Source of the DNA: an uncultured Planctomycetota bacterium
Lineage (GTDB): Bacteria > Planctomycetota > Planctomycetia > Gemmatales > Gemmataceae
Length of the DNA stretch: 64,000 nt
Direction of reading: 5' to 3'
Assembly (NCBI GenBank): GCA_963849325.1
Contig: CAWKHF010000004.1
Coordinates: 96,001-160,000 of the forward strand
The notes beneath the pieces were generated by a model that was not told the DNA's origin, did no database searches, and saw only the letters and a program-made list of their open reading frames with translations. Position 1 is the first letter of the stretch, and each line of letters begins with the position of its first letter. The position numbers and the translations under genes are program-made. Of the stretch, positions 1 through 11,248 are shown piece after piece.

Positions 1-553
1 GCTCGACACCCGGCCCCCGATCTGGCGGCGCATCCAGGTCAAGGACTGCACCCTCGACAAACTGCACGAACACATCCAGACGGTGATGGGCTGGACCAAC
101 TGCCATCTGCACCACTTCAGGATCGGGGAGCCGCTTTACGGCGACCCCGACTTGATGCAGGAGAACTTCGAGGAGATGGAGTACGAGGACTCGACCAGCA
201 CGAAGCTGAGCGCTATCTTGCCGAAGAGCGGCAGGCGGTTCCGCTTCGAGTACGAGTACGACTTCGGGGATGGCTGGCGGCACGAGGTCTTGTTCGAGGG
301 CTGCGTCCGGGCCGAGTGGGGCAAGCGCTTTCCGGTCTGCCTGGAGGGGGCACGGGCCTGTCCGCCCGAAGACGTGGGCGGCACCTGGGGCTACGAAGAG
401 TATCTGGAGGCGATGGGCGATCCCAGCCACGAGCGGCACGAGGAGTTCCTGGGCTGGCGTGGCCCGTTCGCCCCTGAAGCGTTTGACCCGGCCAGGACCA
501 CGAAGCGGATGTGGCGGGGCCTCCCGGATTGGCGCTCGGAGCGGTGGGTGTGA
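1..553 (+). CDS. Plasmid pRiA4b ORF-3-like protein (5' partial)
   Basis: PPIWRRIQV...MGWTNCHLHHF...YEYDFGDGWRH...GARACPPEDVGG. Confidence 0.9.
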   Translation, partial: LDTRPPIWRRIQVKDCTLDKLHEHIQTVMGWTNCHLHHFRIGEPLYGDPDLMQENFEEMEYEDSTSTKLSAILPKSGRRFRFEYEYDFGDGWRHEVLFEGCVRAEWGKRFPVCLEGARACPPEDVGGTWGYEEYLEAMGDPSHERHEEFLGWRGPFAPEAFDPARTTKRMWRGLPDWRSERWV

Positions 554-569
554 AGCAAGGAGAGCCACG

Positions 570-1868
570 ATGCGGTTGCCAGAAGCGAAAATCAAGGAAG
601 CCATCGTCCACCCCGAAAAGCTGGTCCGCCAGGAGGCCCTGCTGTACTTCGCCGACTGCTACAGCAGGGATGCCGAGGTCATGCCTCTGGCGATCAAGGC
701 CATCGAGACATTTGGCCGCAGCAACGCCTTCCTGCACGTCCATGTCCTGGCTCAACTGGCGCAGACCGAGGCCACGGTCGGATGGACCATCAAGGAACTG
801 CATCGGGAAGAGGACAAGGCCCACGACCTCGACAGCTTTTTCCCCGCCCTGTCCCGGCTCTTGTGCAATGCCGAGCCGCAACTTGTCGGTCCTCGTGCCG
901 ACCAAGTTCTCCAGGCACCGGGCTTCTTCAAGGAACTGGTCCCTGAGTTCCGGGAACGCCTGCAACTGGCCACCTGGGACGCCGACCAGTGCTGGCACGA
1001 ATTAGAGAGAATCTGCACGGAAGGCGTCGGCACCGACGTGGACTTCGGCCATGCCAGCCGGGTCGTGGAGGCGCTGGCCCGGCAGGGTGACGAGTACACT
1101 GACCGCATTCTCGAACTGCTCGCCAAAGAAGTCGGGGATTTCGAGACGGACCCGATGACCTGGCTGGAAATCTTCCTGGTCGAGTTGGCCGGGGAGATGC
1201 GCCTGGAGCGAGCCATCCCCCTGGTGGTGAAGAAACTCCACGAGTGCGGAGATGTTCTCTCCGAGGAATGCGTCGATGCCCTGGGCAAGATCGGGACTGA
1301 CGCCGCTGCCGAGGCCGTGACCGAAGGTTGGCTGGAAGCCGTGTGGGATTACCGGCTGTATGCCACCAGCGCCCTGGAGAAGATTCACTCGGACACGACG
1401 GTGCGAAAGTGCCTGGAACTGCTGCCCCAGGACAAGGAACTGGACATCAGGACCAAGCTGGCCGACGCCCTCCTTGGCCAGTTTGCCGACGAAGGGATCG
1501 AACCCGTGCGGGAGATAGTGCAGCGGCGGGCTTATGACCCGATGAACAGCGACCTGATGCGGAAGCTGGTCGCTGTCAGCACGGTCCTGGGTGTGACCTT
1601 CCCCGAACACCCGATCTGGAAGCGAGAGGCCGAGGAGAAGCTGGCCAAGCAGGAGCGGCGGATGAAGGAGATGCGGGGGTTCTTCCAGGCCCCGGCGCAG
1701 CCGCCCTTGCCGCCGAAGCCTGCTCCTGCAAAGGAGCGGGACGACTTTCTGGAACGAAAGCCCGCACCGTTTCTCCGAACGGAGAAGCAGGTGGGCCGAA
1801 ACGACCCGTGCCCCTGCGGGAGCGGCAAGAAGTTCAAGAAATGCTGCATGAGCCGGGGAAAGGGCTGA
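570..1868 (+). CDS. HEAT-like repeat protein with C-terminal SEC-C motif
   Basis: C-terminal VGRNDPCPCGSGKKFKKCC; AAGGAG before ATG 570. Confidence 0.85.
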   Translation: MRLPEAKIKEAIVHPEKLVRQEALLYFADCYSRDAEVMPLAIKAIETFGRSNAFLHVHVLAQLAQTEATVGWTIKELHREEDKAHDLDSFFPALSRLLCNAEPQLVGPRADQVLQAPGFFKELVPEFRERLQLATWDADQCWHELERICTEGVGTDVDFGHASRVVEALARQGDEYTDRILELLAKEVGDFETDPMTWLEIFLVELAGEMRLERAIPLVVKKLHECGDVLSEECVDALGKIGTDAAAEAVTEGWLEAVWDYRLYATSALEKIHSDTTVRKCLELLPQDKELDIRTKLADALLGQFADEGIEPVREIVQRRAYDPMNSDLMRKLVAVSTVLGVTFPEHPIWKREAEEKLAKQERRMKEMRGFFQAPAQPPLPPKPAPAKERDDFLERKPAPFLRTEKQVGRNDPCPCGSGKKFKKCCMSRGKG

Positions 1869-2229
1869 AGCTTGCCACGGTTGCAACGGCCAGGGGTGCG
1901 AAACCCTACCGGCCACGCAAAAAATCCTGCGGCGGCTGTTTTTGGAAAACGCTTTTGGCAAAAGCTTCAGCCTGGACCTGGAGGCACCAGAATCGGAAGT
2001 TGATGATTTTGGAAATGTCCCGCCAGATGGTTTTTCGCCGGTGCGTTCTTCAGAATCCTGGGAGTCCCAAAAGAAAAAACAAGGGCGACATGGTATGAGG
2101 GAAGGGTGGCGGTAGGGGTGTCAGGCAAACTTTTTGCAAAACAGTTTCTCGGTTGTTTATTCTGCTCGTCGGCTCCCTTGGGGAATCTTCTTCATCGGCC
2201 AGTCAGCCCTACCAAAGCAGAGATCGAAG

Positions 2230-2589
2230 TCATCGTCTGTCTGGCAAAACTTGCCGATAGCGGGCGGTTCGCAACTGGTCGGCGGCGAGAAAGCCCTGAA
2301 CGTACTCGGCGTCGGTTGAGGACTCCGGCTCTTGGGTAAACCCGTCCAGAAAGCCGCTCACCCACTGCGCATCAACACCCAGGGTGGTCGCTACATCGTG
2401 CCGCCAATCGCCAGATGCGGCAACGTCCACGAGTACCGTTTCCAGCGGATGGTAGGTTTTCCCATCACCCAGCGTGTACACACCGTCCACCACCCGCAGG
2501 TTGCCAGTGGGCACGGGCGACACATGCAGGCCGAGCCGCAGCGCCAACCAGCAGCCCTCGGTGACTGTTACCAGTGGGTCCAGGTCCAT
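2230..2589 (-). CDS. Hypothetical protein
   Basis: 119-aa ORF, GGAGG upstream, co-oriented with neighbours. Confidence 0.6.
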   Translation of the reverse strand: MDLDPLVTVTEGCWLALRLGLHVSPVPTGNLRVVDGVYTLGDGKTYHPLETVLVDVAASGDWRHDVATTLGVDAQWVSGFLDGFTQEPESSTDAEYVQGFLAADQLRTARYRQVLPDRR

Positions 2590-2689
2590 GTTCGCCTCCG
2601 AGGAAGGAGTACAACGTCGAAAAGCTACGGCGTTGTACGCCGCTTCCCTGGCCGTCTCCCCAGGCGAGGGGAGTCGCTGGCGGCGTCAA

Positions 2690-4156
2690 TCAGCGGATGA
2701 AGTACCGCATCGCCTCCGGCCTTTCCAGGGCGAGCTTCTTGAGGCCAGCGCCGAGCTTGCACAGCGCCTCGTGGTAGTCGCTGGAGAGATGATCGCCGCT
2801 GTATTCGTGCCCGAATTCGTGGATCAGCAGACGGTCCACGTCCTCGCTCGCCCCCTGCTCGAACCACTTGTGGCCGAGGCGCAGGAGGTTGAAGTCCAGC
2901 CGCCCGGACCCGTAGCAGGCGGCGAAGTTGTTCGTTGTGTGGACCACGGAGACGGTCAGCGACACCTGTATCAACTCCCTGGCGAGGAAGACGGCGTAGC
3001 CCGCAATGAGCTTCATGCCCTCGGTCCACTTCTCTTCGTGGATGATCGTGACGCCCTCGGCGTTCGGGTCGTCGCTGTACGGCTTCGCCGTGGGGCAAAG
3101 CTGGCCCGCAGGTAGGACCGCACCGGCACGCTTCACATTCGCCCACTCGCCCTTCGACAGTCCCACGACGATGGTGCCGCCCTGGGACTGAAATCTTTTC
3201 ATCGCCTCGATGTCGCTCGGATCGGGGGCGGCTACCTTCTCCTCGAACCGTAGGCGGACGAGATGCTTGATCGCCTCGTCGGAGCAGCGCTGGTCAGAAC
3301 CGGCGAGCTTGCACCAGGCAGCGGTGGCCTCTTCCTCGGTGGCCAGGAGGTCATGGGCTGCATTCAGCACTGCCACTCGCACGGCCTGGAGAAAGCTGGG
3401 CTTCACATTATCTCGATCTCGGTTTAGCGGGCACTTCTGGCCGATGTTGACGTGCCACCTGTCGGCGGTTTCCACGACTGGCAGCCCCATTTCGTACAGG
3501 CCCGGTGTCTCGCCCGGCAGCGCCTCGAAGATGGCCACCTGGGTCTTCCGCACCCGTGGGCGCATCACGCCTTCCTCGTCGGCCACCAGCGTCTCCAGGC
3601 TCGTCTCGAAGGTGCGGAGCGGCTTGCGGGCCAGGAGCCGGTCGCCGTTGAACGTCACGGCGATGCCTTCCCGCAACAGCAATGACCGGAGGTAATCGGC
3701 CACCTGCGGGTATTCCTCCCTGGTCAGCCGGATGCAGCCCTGGAACACGGACCCCCGCTCCCGCTTCTGCCGGGGCTTCTCGATGCGGCCCTCGGCAGGG
3801 TCGAAGACGACCGTGCCCTTTGTGGTACTGATGCTGGCGCTTTCACAAACGGCCAGGACCATCTTTTCACCAAGATTGAACTGCCCACGCTGCTCCGGGT
3901 TGCCCCGCTTGTAGGACTCGGCGTACAGCGTGTAGGCGTGGCTCAAATCCCTGAACCCTTCCGGGGCGTCGTCCTCGACCGTCAGATCGGCCAGCGGTCG
4001 GCCAGGCACCAGGGCCAGGCTGACGGCGATCTGCGTGACGCCCGCTTCGTCCAGGGCGTTCTGGACCAGTTCCCCGATCAATCTGCCCTTGCCATGCTCC
4101 TCGGCCTGCTTGCCCAGGCCCGCCTTGCTCACGTCGAACCACTGCTGCTCGCTCAT
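2690..4156 (-). CDS. GHKL (HATPase_c) ATPase with C-terminal HExxH zincin-like domain
   Basis: ELVQNALD, VEDDAPEG, RGQFNLGEK, STTKGT; C-terminal LLIHEFGHEYSGDH. Confidence 0.8.
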   Translation of the reverse strand: MSEQQWFDVSKAGLGKQAEEHGKGRLIGELVQNALDEAGVTQIAVSLALVPGRPLADLTVEDDAPEGFRDLSHAYTLYAESYKRGNPEQRGQFNLGEKMVLAVCESASISTTKGTVVFDPAEGRIEKPRQKRERGSVFQGCIRLTREEYPQVADYLRSLLLREGIAVTFNGDRLLARKPLRTFETSLETLVADEEGVMRPRVRKTQVAIFEALPGETPGLYEMGLPVVETADRWHVNIGQKCPLNRDRDNVKPSFLQAVRVAVLNAAHDLLATEEEATAAWCKLAGSDQRCSDEAIKHLVRLRFEEKVAAPDPSDIEAMKRFQSQGGTIVVGLSKGEWANVKRAGAVLPAGQLCPTAKPYSDDPNAEGVTIIHEEKWTEGMKLIAGYAVFLARELIQVSLTVSVVHTTNNFAACYGSGRLDFNLLRLGHKWFEQGASEDVDRLLIHEFGHEYSGDHLSSDYHEALCKLGAGLKKLALERPEAMRYFIR

Positions 4157-4157
4157 G

Positions 4158-4358
4158 CTACTCCTCCTCGAACTTGCCTTCTCTCCAGCACCGCCGGACA
4201 GCGCTCACGGGATCAAGCGACAGGTCCGGGACGAACAATGTCTTGATCTTGCCGTCCCTGGTGATGATGCGGACGCCGAGGCCGTTCTCCAGCTTGACGA
4301 CCTCGGCGTTGATGCCCACGTCCCATCCCTGGCCGTTTGGCCACGGCCTTGCCCACAT
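4158..4358 (-). CDS. Small hypothetical protein
   Basis: 66-aa ORF abutting the ATPase start. Confidence 0.55.
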   Translation of the reverse strand: MWARPWPNGQGWDVGINAEVVKLENGLGVRIITRDGKIKTLFVPDLSLDPVSAVRRCWREGKFEEE

Positions 4359-4779
4359 GCGATCCTCCCCGCCCTTGTCTGCTTCCGGCGCTTACGCTGT
4401 GGCCCGTCCAGCGCCTTGCATCCCTCCTTGAAGCCCTTATTCATCGGAATCCTCCAGACTGCGATGCCAGAAGCAGGTTTTCTTGCCAGGCCGGGGCGCT
4501 TGCTGCATTGCACCCAAACACCGCCCATGTATCGGGACTGACCCGAACCCGTATAGACCCGGACTCTTGCTCGGCACTTGCTGCTGTCGAAATGCTTCGT
4601 CAGCAGGGTTTGTGAAGCCATCGCCTTCCGAAGCTTGTACTCATGTTTTTTCCGTTCGTCAGCCATCATTCCGCCTGACGAAGAGTACCAGCCAGCAAGA
4701 CCAAGTTCCCAAGCCTTGGAAGTCACGGCTTTCTGTCAATGCCGGGGATGAACAGGCAGTGCTTGGGTAGCCCGCCGAG

Positions 4780-5259
4780 CTATATCTTCTCGTCCTCCTC
4801 GTCATCCTCCTCGTCGCTATCCAACATGGATTCGCCCACGAAGGTAAACGTGCTGGGGTCTTCCCCTTCGAGAAACAACTCGAAATCGTCGCAGCGGGGA
4901 GCAGCGTAGGGCCAGACCTCACGACGCCCGACCACTCGGTAAACCTCGCCGTCATACTTCACGAGATCGCCCAGGTGGAAGTCGGCGTTTTCCTGCCGGG
5001 TGTACAACGGCAAGAACGGCTTCAGCCCGAATTCGTCAATGATCTCGGCCACGGTCATGGGGCCGTCCTGCAATTCAAGCACCCGGTCCCACCATCCCAT
5101 GTTGGCGTAACATAGCGCCTGTTCGACATCCAAGCAGCTTGGTATGGCCAGCGGCCCCCGGTAATCTTCATGCAGGTGTTCCTCCAGGGCGCTGATGCAG
5201 GTCCACTCGCCCTCAAGGACGGCCTTGGCCAGCCACTTCGCACTTCGTCGCTTCACCAT
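4780..5259 (-). CDS. Hypothetical protein, acidic tail; N-half paralogous to 7536-7793
   Basis: ANMGWWD...MTVAEIIDEFGLKPFL vs ANLGRWD...MTVAQAIEEFQLSDFL. Confidence 0.7.
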   Translation of the reverse strand: MVKRRSAKWLAKAVLEGEWTCISALEEHLHEDYRGPLAIPSCLDVEQALCYANMGWWDRVLELQDGPMTVAEIIDEFGLKPFLPLYTRQENADFHLGDLVKYDGEVYRVVGRREVWPYAAPRCDDFELFLEGEDPSTFTFVGESMLDSDEEDDEEDEKI

Positions 5260-5295
5260 GATTGATCTCCCTGTGTTTGAGTTTGTGAAAGGGTT

Positions 5296-7421
5296 TCAGT
5301 CCATCCTGTCGATGAACATGAAGTTGGAGCAGGGCAGCGCACGCAGAACCCCTTCCTTCACTTCAACGTCAGCGACCTCGATGTAGCGGTCGTGGCGGTA
5401 GAGGACGTAGCACCGCACCGTCGCCGGGCACTGGACACCAGCCCGAATGCCGATGCGGGTGCTGACCCCGCCCTGTTCGATGACGACCTTCGCATCGGCC
5501 CGAAACTCGATCAGGTGCTTCATGGCATCATCCCTTCTGTTCTGCCTGGTCGTCGCCCTGAAACTGCTCTTCGGACGGACGCCCGACCTCCAGCACTTCG
5601 ATCTCGACGTGCCCGGCTTCGTCATACGGGGGCCGCTTGACCCGGAGCAGGACGTGCCCGGCGTTCTGGCCGAACAGCACTCGCTCGACCACGTTCATCA
5701 CGTCCACCAGCTTGGCACCGCCGAAGCTCATGCCGGGCCGGATGCCGGGCCGGGTGAATTCGGCAATCATCTCCTCCGGCACTCCAGCCTCTCGGAGCAG
5801 CTTCTCTTTGGCCTTGCGGCCCTCTTCGTCCAGGCTGAACAGTGTCTCGAAGAAGTTCCTGTGCATGGCGTCGAAAATGTCGCTCATGGTTACTGTCGCT
5901 CCTGCTCGTCGTGCGGTAGAAGGTCAGAAGCCGGTTGTCAGGCGTCCGGCTTGTCGTCGTCGCCCAGGCCCGGCGAGTAGCCGCAACCCTGGCACATGAC
6001 GGTCTTCAGGTCGCCCGCCTCGTGGGACGCCATGATGTCGCCGCATTCCGGGCAATCGTCGCCTTCGCCCGGCTCTTCCTTCTCCCGCTTGCGGACTTCA
6101 GCGAAGTACAGGTCTTCGACGTACTGCTCGGTCTGCGGGCGAAACGCCAGCCGCCTGTGACCGTATTTCTCGCACACCCCATCCACGATGGCCTCGAACC
6201 AGTCGTCGCACGGCTCGACCACCTGGCTGTAGGTCATGCCAGCCAGCGCTTCCTTGACAGCCGCCTTCAGGTTCGGGATCGGCTGCTCGCCGTGAATGAT
6301 CGCTTCGGCATCGTCGCAGGTCAGCTTGTAAAGGTGCATGGTTCCTCCTGCCCGTTGTGCTGCGCCAGTTGGTCGAGGGTTAGCTGTCCTTGTTCTTGAC
6401 CTTGAAGCGGCCCTTGTTGGCCTCCAGGTAGGCACGGGCAGCGGTAATCTGCTCGTCGCTGAGCAGGGCCACGGCGCACTCGTAAGGCATGGAAACCGGG
6501 AAGCGCAGGCCGTCGAAGTAGATAGACAGCCAGCCGCTCTTCTCGGCCACGGCGAAGCGGGGCGGCTTGCGGTTGGCCTCGGCCATCAGCCGCATCATCT
6601 CGTCGGCGCTGATCTTCCCGTCCCGGAACTGCTGGGTAATCTCTTCCTTGGTCAACTTCTTGTCTGCCATAAGACCCTCAAGGAGTGGTGATTGTTCTTC
6701 CCTCTATCACTGCACACCAGAAGCGAGAGCGTTCAGGATTTCACTTGCGGTCGGGCAACTCGTAGGAACCGGGCAGGCGGTAGCGGGTCAAGCCCTTCAC
6801 CTGGACGGTTTCCAGGGCAGCCTCGATCTCGTCAAGCTGCTCGTCGGTGTAGCCGTCATTATCCTCGGCCATCTGCAAGAGGGTTCGCAGGTCATCCTTG
6901 CTGACGCCCAGCGGGTCACGCAAACGCTCAAGAGTCATCGCAAAGCCTTCCTCGCAAACAGGCCGCTTGCCTTCACCGGGATATGGGTCAGCACCCAGGG
7001 CCGTCAGCAACTCGGCAAACGCCTCAGCCTGGCCGTTCAGGTGGCCTTCCGTCCAAACGTCATCCACCTTCTGCGCCTCGCCCTGCTGTTCCTGGTCCTT
7101 CTCGACCTCAGCGAGCCGCTTGAACAACAGAGCCTTCAATTCATCGTTGGTCATGGCCAAAACCCCCAGCAGTTACGTCTCCTCTCTATCACTGCACGTC
7201 AAGGAAGAAGGCGTTCAGGATTCTTCATTCACCTGCTTGCGGACGATCTTGCGGATGACGTGCGCCAGTCCCGTGCGGTCAGGGTGGCCCCTCGGCAGCC
7301 GGTGGGCGAAGACGAGGGCGAGACGCATCGTGAAGTCCAGATGCCGCCACGCCCACGCATAGCGCTTCGTTCGCCTGACCGTGCGGGCCTCGATCCGTGT
7401 CTTCCTCTTTGTTCGTGCCAT
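5296..7421 (-). CDS. Run of small hypothetical genes (5296-5523, 5528-5887, 5938-6339, 6380-6670, 6741-7154, 7215-7421)
   Basis: Co-oriented, closely packed ORFs; 5938-6339 ends in a CPECG..CQGCG ribbon; three follow the 27-bp motif. Confidence 0.65.
6710..6736 (-). promoter_or_regulatory. 27-bp motif copy 1
   Basis: aatc-CTGAACG ctctcgcttctggt GTGCAG. Confidence 0.75.
7192..7218 (-). promoter_or_regulatory. 27-bp motif copy 2
   Basis: aatc-CTGAACG ccttcttccttgac GTGCAG. Confidence 0.75.
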
Positions 7422-7459
7422 GAGAGCGTCCAGAAGTAGTGATTTTCTCCCTCACTGAT

Positions 7460-7485
7460 CTGCACGTCAGAGGGAGGGCGTTCAG
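7460..7485 (-). promoter_or_regulatory. Motif copy 3 (13-nt spacer)
   Basis: aatc-CTGAACG ccctccctctgac GTGCAG. Confidence 0.7.
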
Positions 7486-7535
7486 GATTGTGGCCAGGCA
7501 AGAACGTCCCGGCTGGTCAGGCCATGCCCGCTCGC

Positions 7536-7793
7536 CTAGCCGAGAAAGTCCGACAACTGGAATTCCTCAATGGCCTGGGCGACTGTCATTTCCCGGTCGT
7601 CGTCCACGGGCAAGAGGGTGTCCCAGCGGCCCAGGTTGGCGAAGCCGATGATAAGCTCCAGGGCCAGCATGACCTTTTCGTTGACTGGCCAGATGCCGAT
7701 AAACTTGAAGTGCCTGCGAACTGCCGTGTGAAGGGGTAGCACGCCTGCCTTCCACGCTTCGGCCAGTTCTTCGGACGTGAGCTTTCTCTTCAT
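7536..7793 (-). CDS. Small hypothetical protein (paralog of 4780-5259)
   Basis: Shared AN(L/M)GxWD...MTVAxxIxEF motif. Confidence 0.7.
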   Translation of the reverse strand: MKRKLTSEELAEAWKAGVLPLHTAVRRHFKFIGIWPVNEKVMLALELIIGFANLGRWDTLLPVDDDREMTVAQAIEEFQLSDFLG

Positions 7794-7796
7794 GGA

Positions 7797-8093
7797 TCAA
7801 TACTCGTCAGGGAGCAAGATTGTGGTCGCCGCTCGGTGGCCATTGTCGTCTGCGGCCTCGGTGATGACCCACAGCTTCACGCCCTTCAAGGTCCGGTAGG
7901 CGGACAGAATGCGGTCGCCGTGGATCAGCGCCTCGTCGTTCAACTGCTGGTCCTCCTCGTTGACCTCGCCGTAGTCGCCGCTGGCATGGCGAGCGATGAA
8001 GAACTCGGCGGTCTGGCCGCTCGCCTCCATCGCCTCCAGAGCGCCAGGGGTGGCCGCAAGCCGCCCCAAGGGGAACTTCGCCGCAAGGCGCAT
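7797..8093 (-). CDS. Conserved plasmid/phage-associated small protein
   Basis: FPLGRLAATPGALEA...RHASGDYG...RILSAY...LWVITEA...TTILLPDEY. Confidence 0.8.
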   Translation of the reverse strand: MRLAAKFPLGRLAATPGALEAMEASGQTAEFFIARHASGDYGEVNEEDQQLNDEALIHGDRILSAYRTLKGVKLWVITEAADDNGHRAATTILLPDEY

Positions 8094-8103
8094 CGCTCAG
8101 CCC

Positions 8104-10936
8104 TCAATCAAGGAAGGTCACAAGGTCGCCGTCATACACCACGCTGCGCCCGACAAGTTCCGCCGCACTGCACTCCTCGCCCTCAAGCAAGTGCTGGAAC
8201 GCCCGATGACACATCGGCACCGGGATCACCCGCCCATCCTCTGCGTCGAGAAAGACGAGGACGAGGCTGCCGTAATCCCGCAGGTCAGCGATAGTGCCGG
8301 TGATTGCCTGGATCATCTCCTTCACCGGCCTTCGGGGAATAGGTCATCGACGCCGTTCCATAGTCGGGCTTTCTCGGCCAATGCCTCCGGGTCACGGCAC
8401 TTCCAATAGCCGCCGCCGTCCTTCACTTCGACCTCGGCAAGCCCCGCCTGCTGGATGCCATCGAGCAGGGCAATCATCGCCAGGTGGCAGCGGAGGAAGT
8501 TCTCCAGACCACCATGTTCGGGACGGCTTGCGGGCTGCGTGCAGCAAGTGAACGACCACTGCCAGCCCTCCACCGCCGGGAGCTTGCAGAACCCGAAGGC
8601 AGCAGGCTCGCAACCGTTGCCGAGCCAGATCGGGAAGCAGACCAGCGGGTGGGGCCGCACGATCTCGACCACCGGCCCCACCCGCTGAAAAGACAGTCCC
8701 AGGGCCAGCCGCCGCATTTCCTCGACCACCTTGCGCACCGCCTCGGTGTCGGACAGCTTGGTGGCCAGAGCGTAGCGGATCGAAAGTCCCATCATCGCAG
8801 GCCAAGCTCCCTTTCCAGCTTGTCAAGTTCCCGTTCGAGCAGGACCGCCCGCTCCCGGCTTTTCCGGCCTGGCGGCGAGAACGAGTCAGGCCCTCGATTT
8901 CACCGCCCGTCCGCAACGAAGTTGAAGTAGAAGCGGGGCGTGTGCTGGAACTCCAGCGACCCCTTCACCCCGTCCGCCTTCCGCCGGACCACCACGAGCG
9001 GGGCCAGGAAGCCGATGACCTCGAAATCCTGGGCAAGCTGCTGGGTGTCCCACACCTGGCCATGCTGCGCTTCCAGGGCCTCCCGGCTGCCGGGTTCTGT
9101 GTTGATCTCGGCCAGCCGCTCACGGCGGGCCGCTTCGGTCGGGTCGCTCATCGCACTCCCCTTCAATTCAAGCCGAACGTCGGCCTTCCTTGCGGTTGTT
9201 GGCCTCGATCTTCCGGCGGGCATCCTCCGAGTTCGCCGCCCTGTTCCGCTGCGGGTCCAGACCCAGGACACGCCCGACGACCGCCTCGACCAGCTTGCTG
9301 ATCGTCCAGTATTCCGAGCGGGTCAACGGACGCTGCCGCAGCACGTCCATGCGCTGCCGGATGGCCTCGCACCAGGGGTCGTCGCCGGTCAGAAGACCGT
9401 GAAACTCAAGGGTCTGCCGCAGACCGGAAAAAGCCACGGCACGGGTGTAGCGCATCGGTCAGTTCCTCCAAATGGTTGTGTTGCTTTCTCGCCTTTACCT
9501 CTGGACTACCACGGTCAACATCAGGCCGAGGGCCTGAAAGCGCCTCCACGATTTTTTCCCGTGGTGCCCAGCCGCCTCGGTCGTCTCGGTTCTCGATGAA
9601 CTCGTCCAGGCAGTGGTCGCTGAACCAGCTATGAACCTCGGCCTCCCATGCTTCCGGCAAGTTCTTTTCCCGCCACATCTCGCTGCGGTAGTTGTCCAGC
9701 GTCTCCAGGTACTCCCTTTCGGAATAATCGCTCTCGTCCAGAATCGGGTAGTTTTCCAGGGCGTCCTTGATCCGGCAGAACTCCTCGAAAGCCGGGGTGA
9801 TCGTGCCATCGGCCTTGAAAACCCTGATCGAGAACCCGTCGATGTAGCCGACTGCCCAATGGCTGTGCCGCTCGAACACGAGATCGGGGTCGCCGCCCTC
9901 GCTGAACGGTCGGAGCCGGTCGTTGATCGCCTGCTCGTTGGACTGCTCCAAAAGTCCGGCGTCCCTGCTGCTCGTGTACCAGACGCACCAGCGGTCGGCG
10001 TCTTCGAGGTCGTAGCCCCGGTGCCAGGCGAAGCAGTCGAAGTCTCGCCAGTTCCCGGCCAGCGCCTTCCCAGCCGCCTCCACGTCAGTCCAGTCGATTA
10101 CCTGTGTGGTTGCCATCGCTCGCCTTTCCTCTTTCACCCTGCGTACTTGGCCTGGAGCCGGACCAGTTCCGCCCGCTCCGCAGTTTCCTGCTCGTTGGCG
10201 AGCCGTCGCTCGTACTCGCCCAGGACACCGTTCTGGTGCAGCCAACTCTGCAAGGCCCGCTCCACGTCCGAATAGGTGAAGCCGGGATCGCCCCAGCAGG
10301 GGTGGGCCAGCGTCATGCGCAGGAACCGGACCTTGCCCTCGGTGGCCGTGAAAAACTCACCGTAAAAGCCGTGCCGGTTGTAATGAGCGATGTGGCCGAA
10401 GGTCAGGGCCAGCCGCCGGTAGAACGTGTGCGGAAACTGCCGCTCGGCAAAGTCCGACTCCACGAACCGGATGAACCGCCGGGCGAACCGGGCCTTCTCC
10501 TCCGCATCTTCCCAGCGGGTCGGTGTGAACTGGTCTGCGGTGAAATCCTTGATGGTGCCGAACATGCAGCCCTCGGTAAGTCGTTGTTATTTCCCAACTG
10601 ACTTACCTGTACGCCAGGGCCGATGGCGTTCAGGAATTCGCCCGTTTTTCACGGCTGCGATGTTCCTGTCATTGGCCAGCCGGAACCCGGATCGTCACCC
10701 TACAGCCCGATGGCCTTGCGCCAGTCCGCAGGAACCTTCGCCCTCGCCACCCGCTTGCACTTCGCCTTGAGGAAGTCCCTGGAAATCCCGGTCGTGCAGA
10801 CCGACCCGACCAGCCCCGCAATCGCCGTGGCCCGGCCCTCGAAGTGGTCCTTGCCGAAATGGTCCAGGTAGTAGCGGTTCGTGCTGGCGTCGATGGCGAG
10901 AAAGTCACCGTTGCTTTCCTGAAAGAAGACAATCAT
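8104..10936 (-). CDS. Run of small hypothetical genes (8104-8325, 8322-8795, 8900-9151, 9168-9455, ~9495-10116 frameshifted, 10134-10565, 10700-10936)
   Basis: Co-oriented ORFs, some with overlapping stop/start codons. Confidence 0.65.
10607..10633 (-). promoter_or_regulatory. 27-bp motif copy 4
   Basis: aattc-CTGAACG ccatcggccctggc GTACAG. Confidence 0.7.
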
Positions 10937-11248
10937 GCGGCATCCCCTAACTACGGCCCAGGTAGAAAACCTTCCTCACGCCTCCTCAGCCTCGTTGGTC
11001 AAAAAGAGGGCGGGCCTTGATTACGGTTCGGGGCCGGGCCTTACGCTTGCTCAGCAGCACCGTTGCCCTCCTGCACAAGCACCCGCCCCGCCTCCCCGGT
11101 GGTGCCAGAGGAGCAGGAGTACCCAATGGTCCCTCCCGCCAGCCCGGTCGATACCCCAGGGAAGTGTCTCTGTGTAAGCGGAAACGTGGCCGACCCCGGA
11201 CCATCCCCCACCCCCGCCCCGCTTGATCGCCCATGTCGGGGCAAACGA

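Noticed and set aside
1870-2170. AT-richer intergenic region as att, cos or oriT
   Set aside because: No matching direct repeat, tRNA fragment or recognisable nick site found
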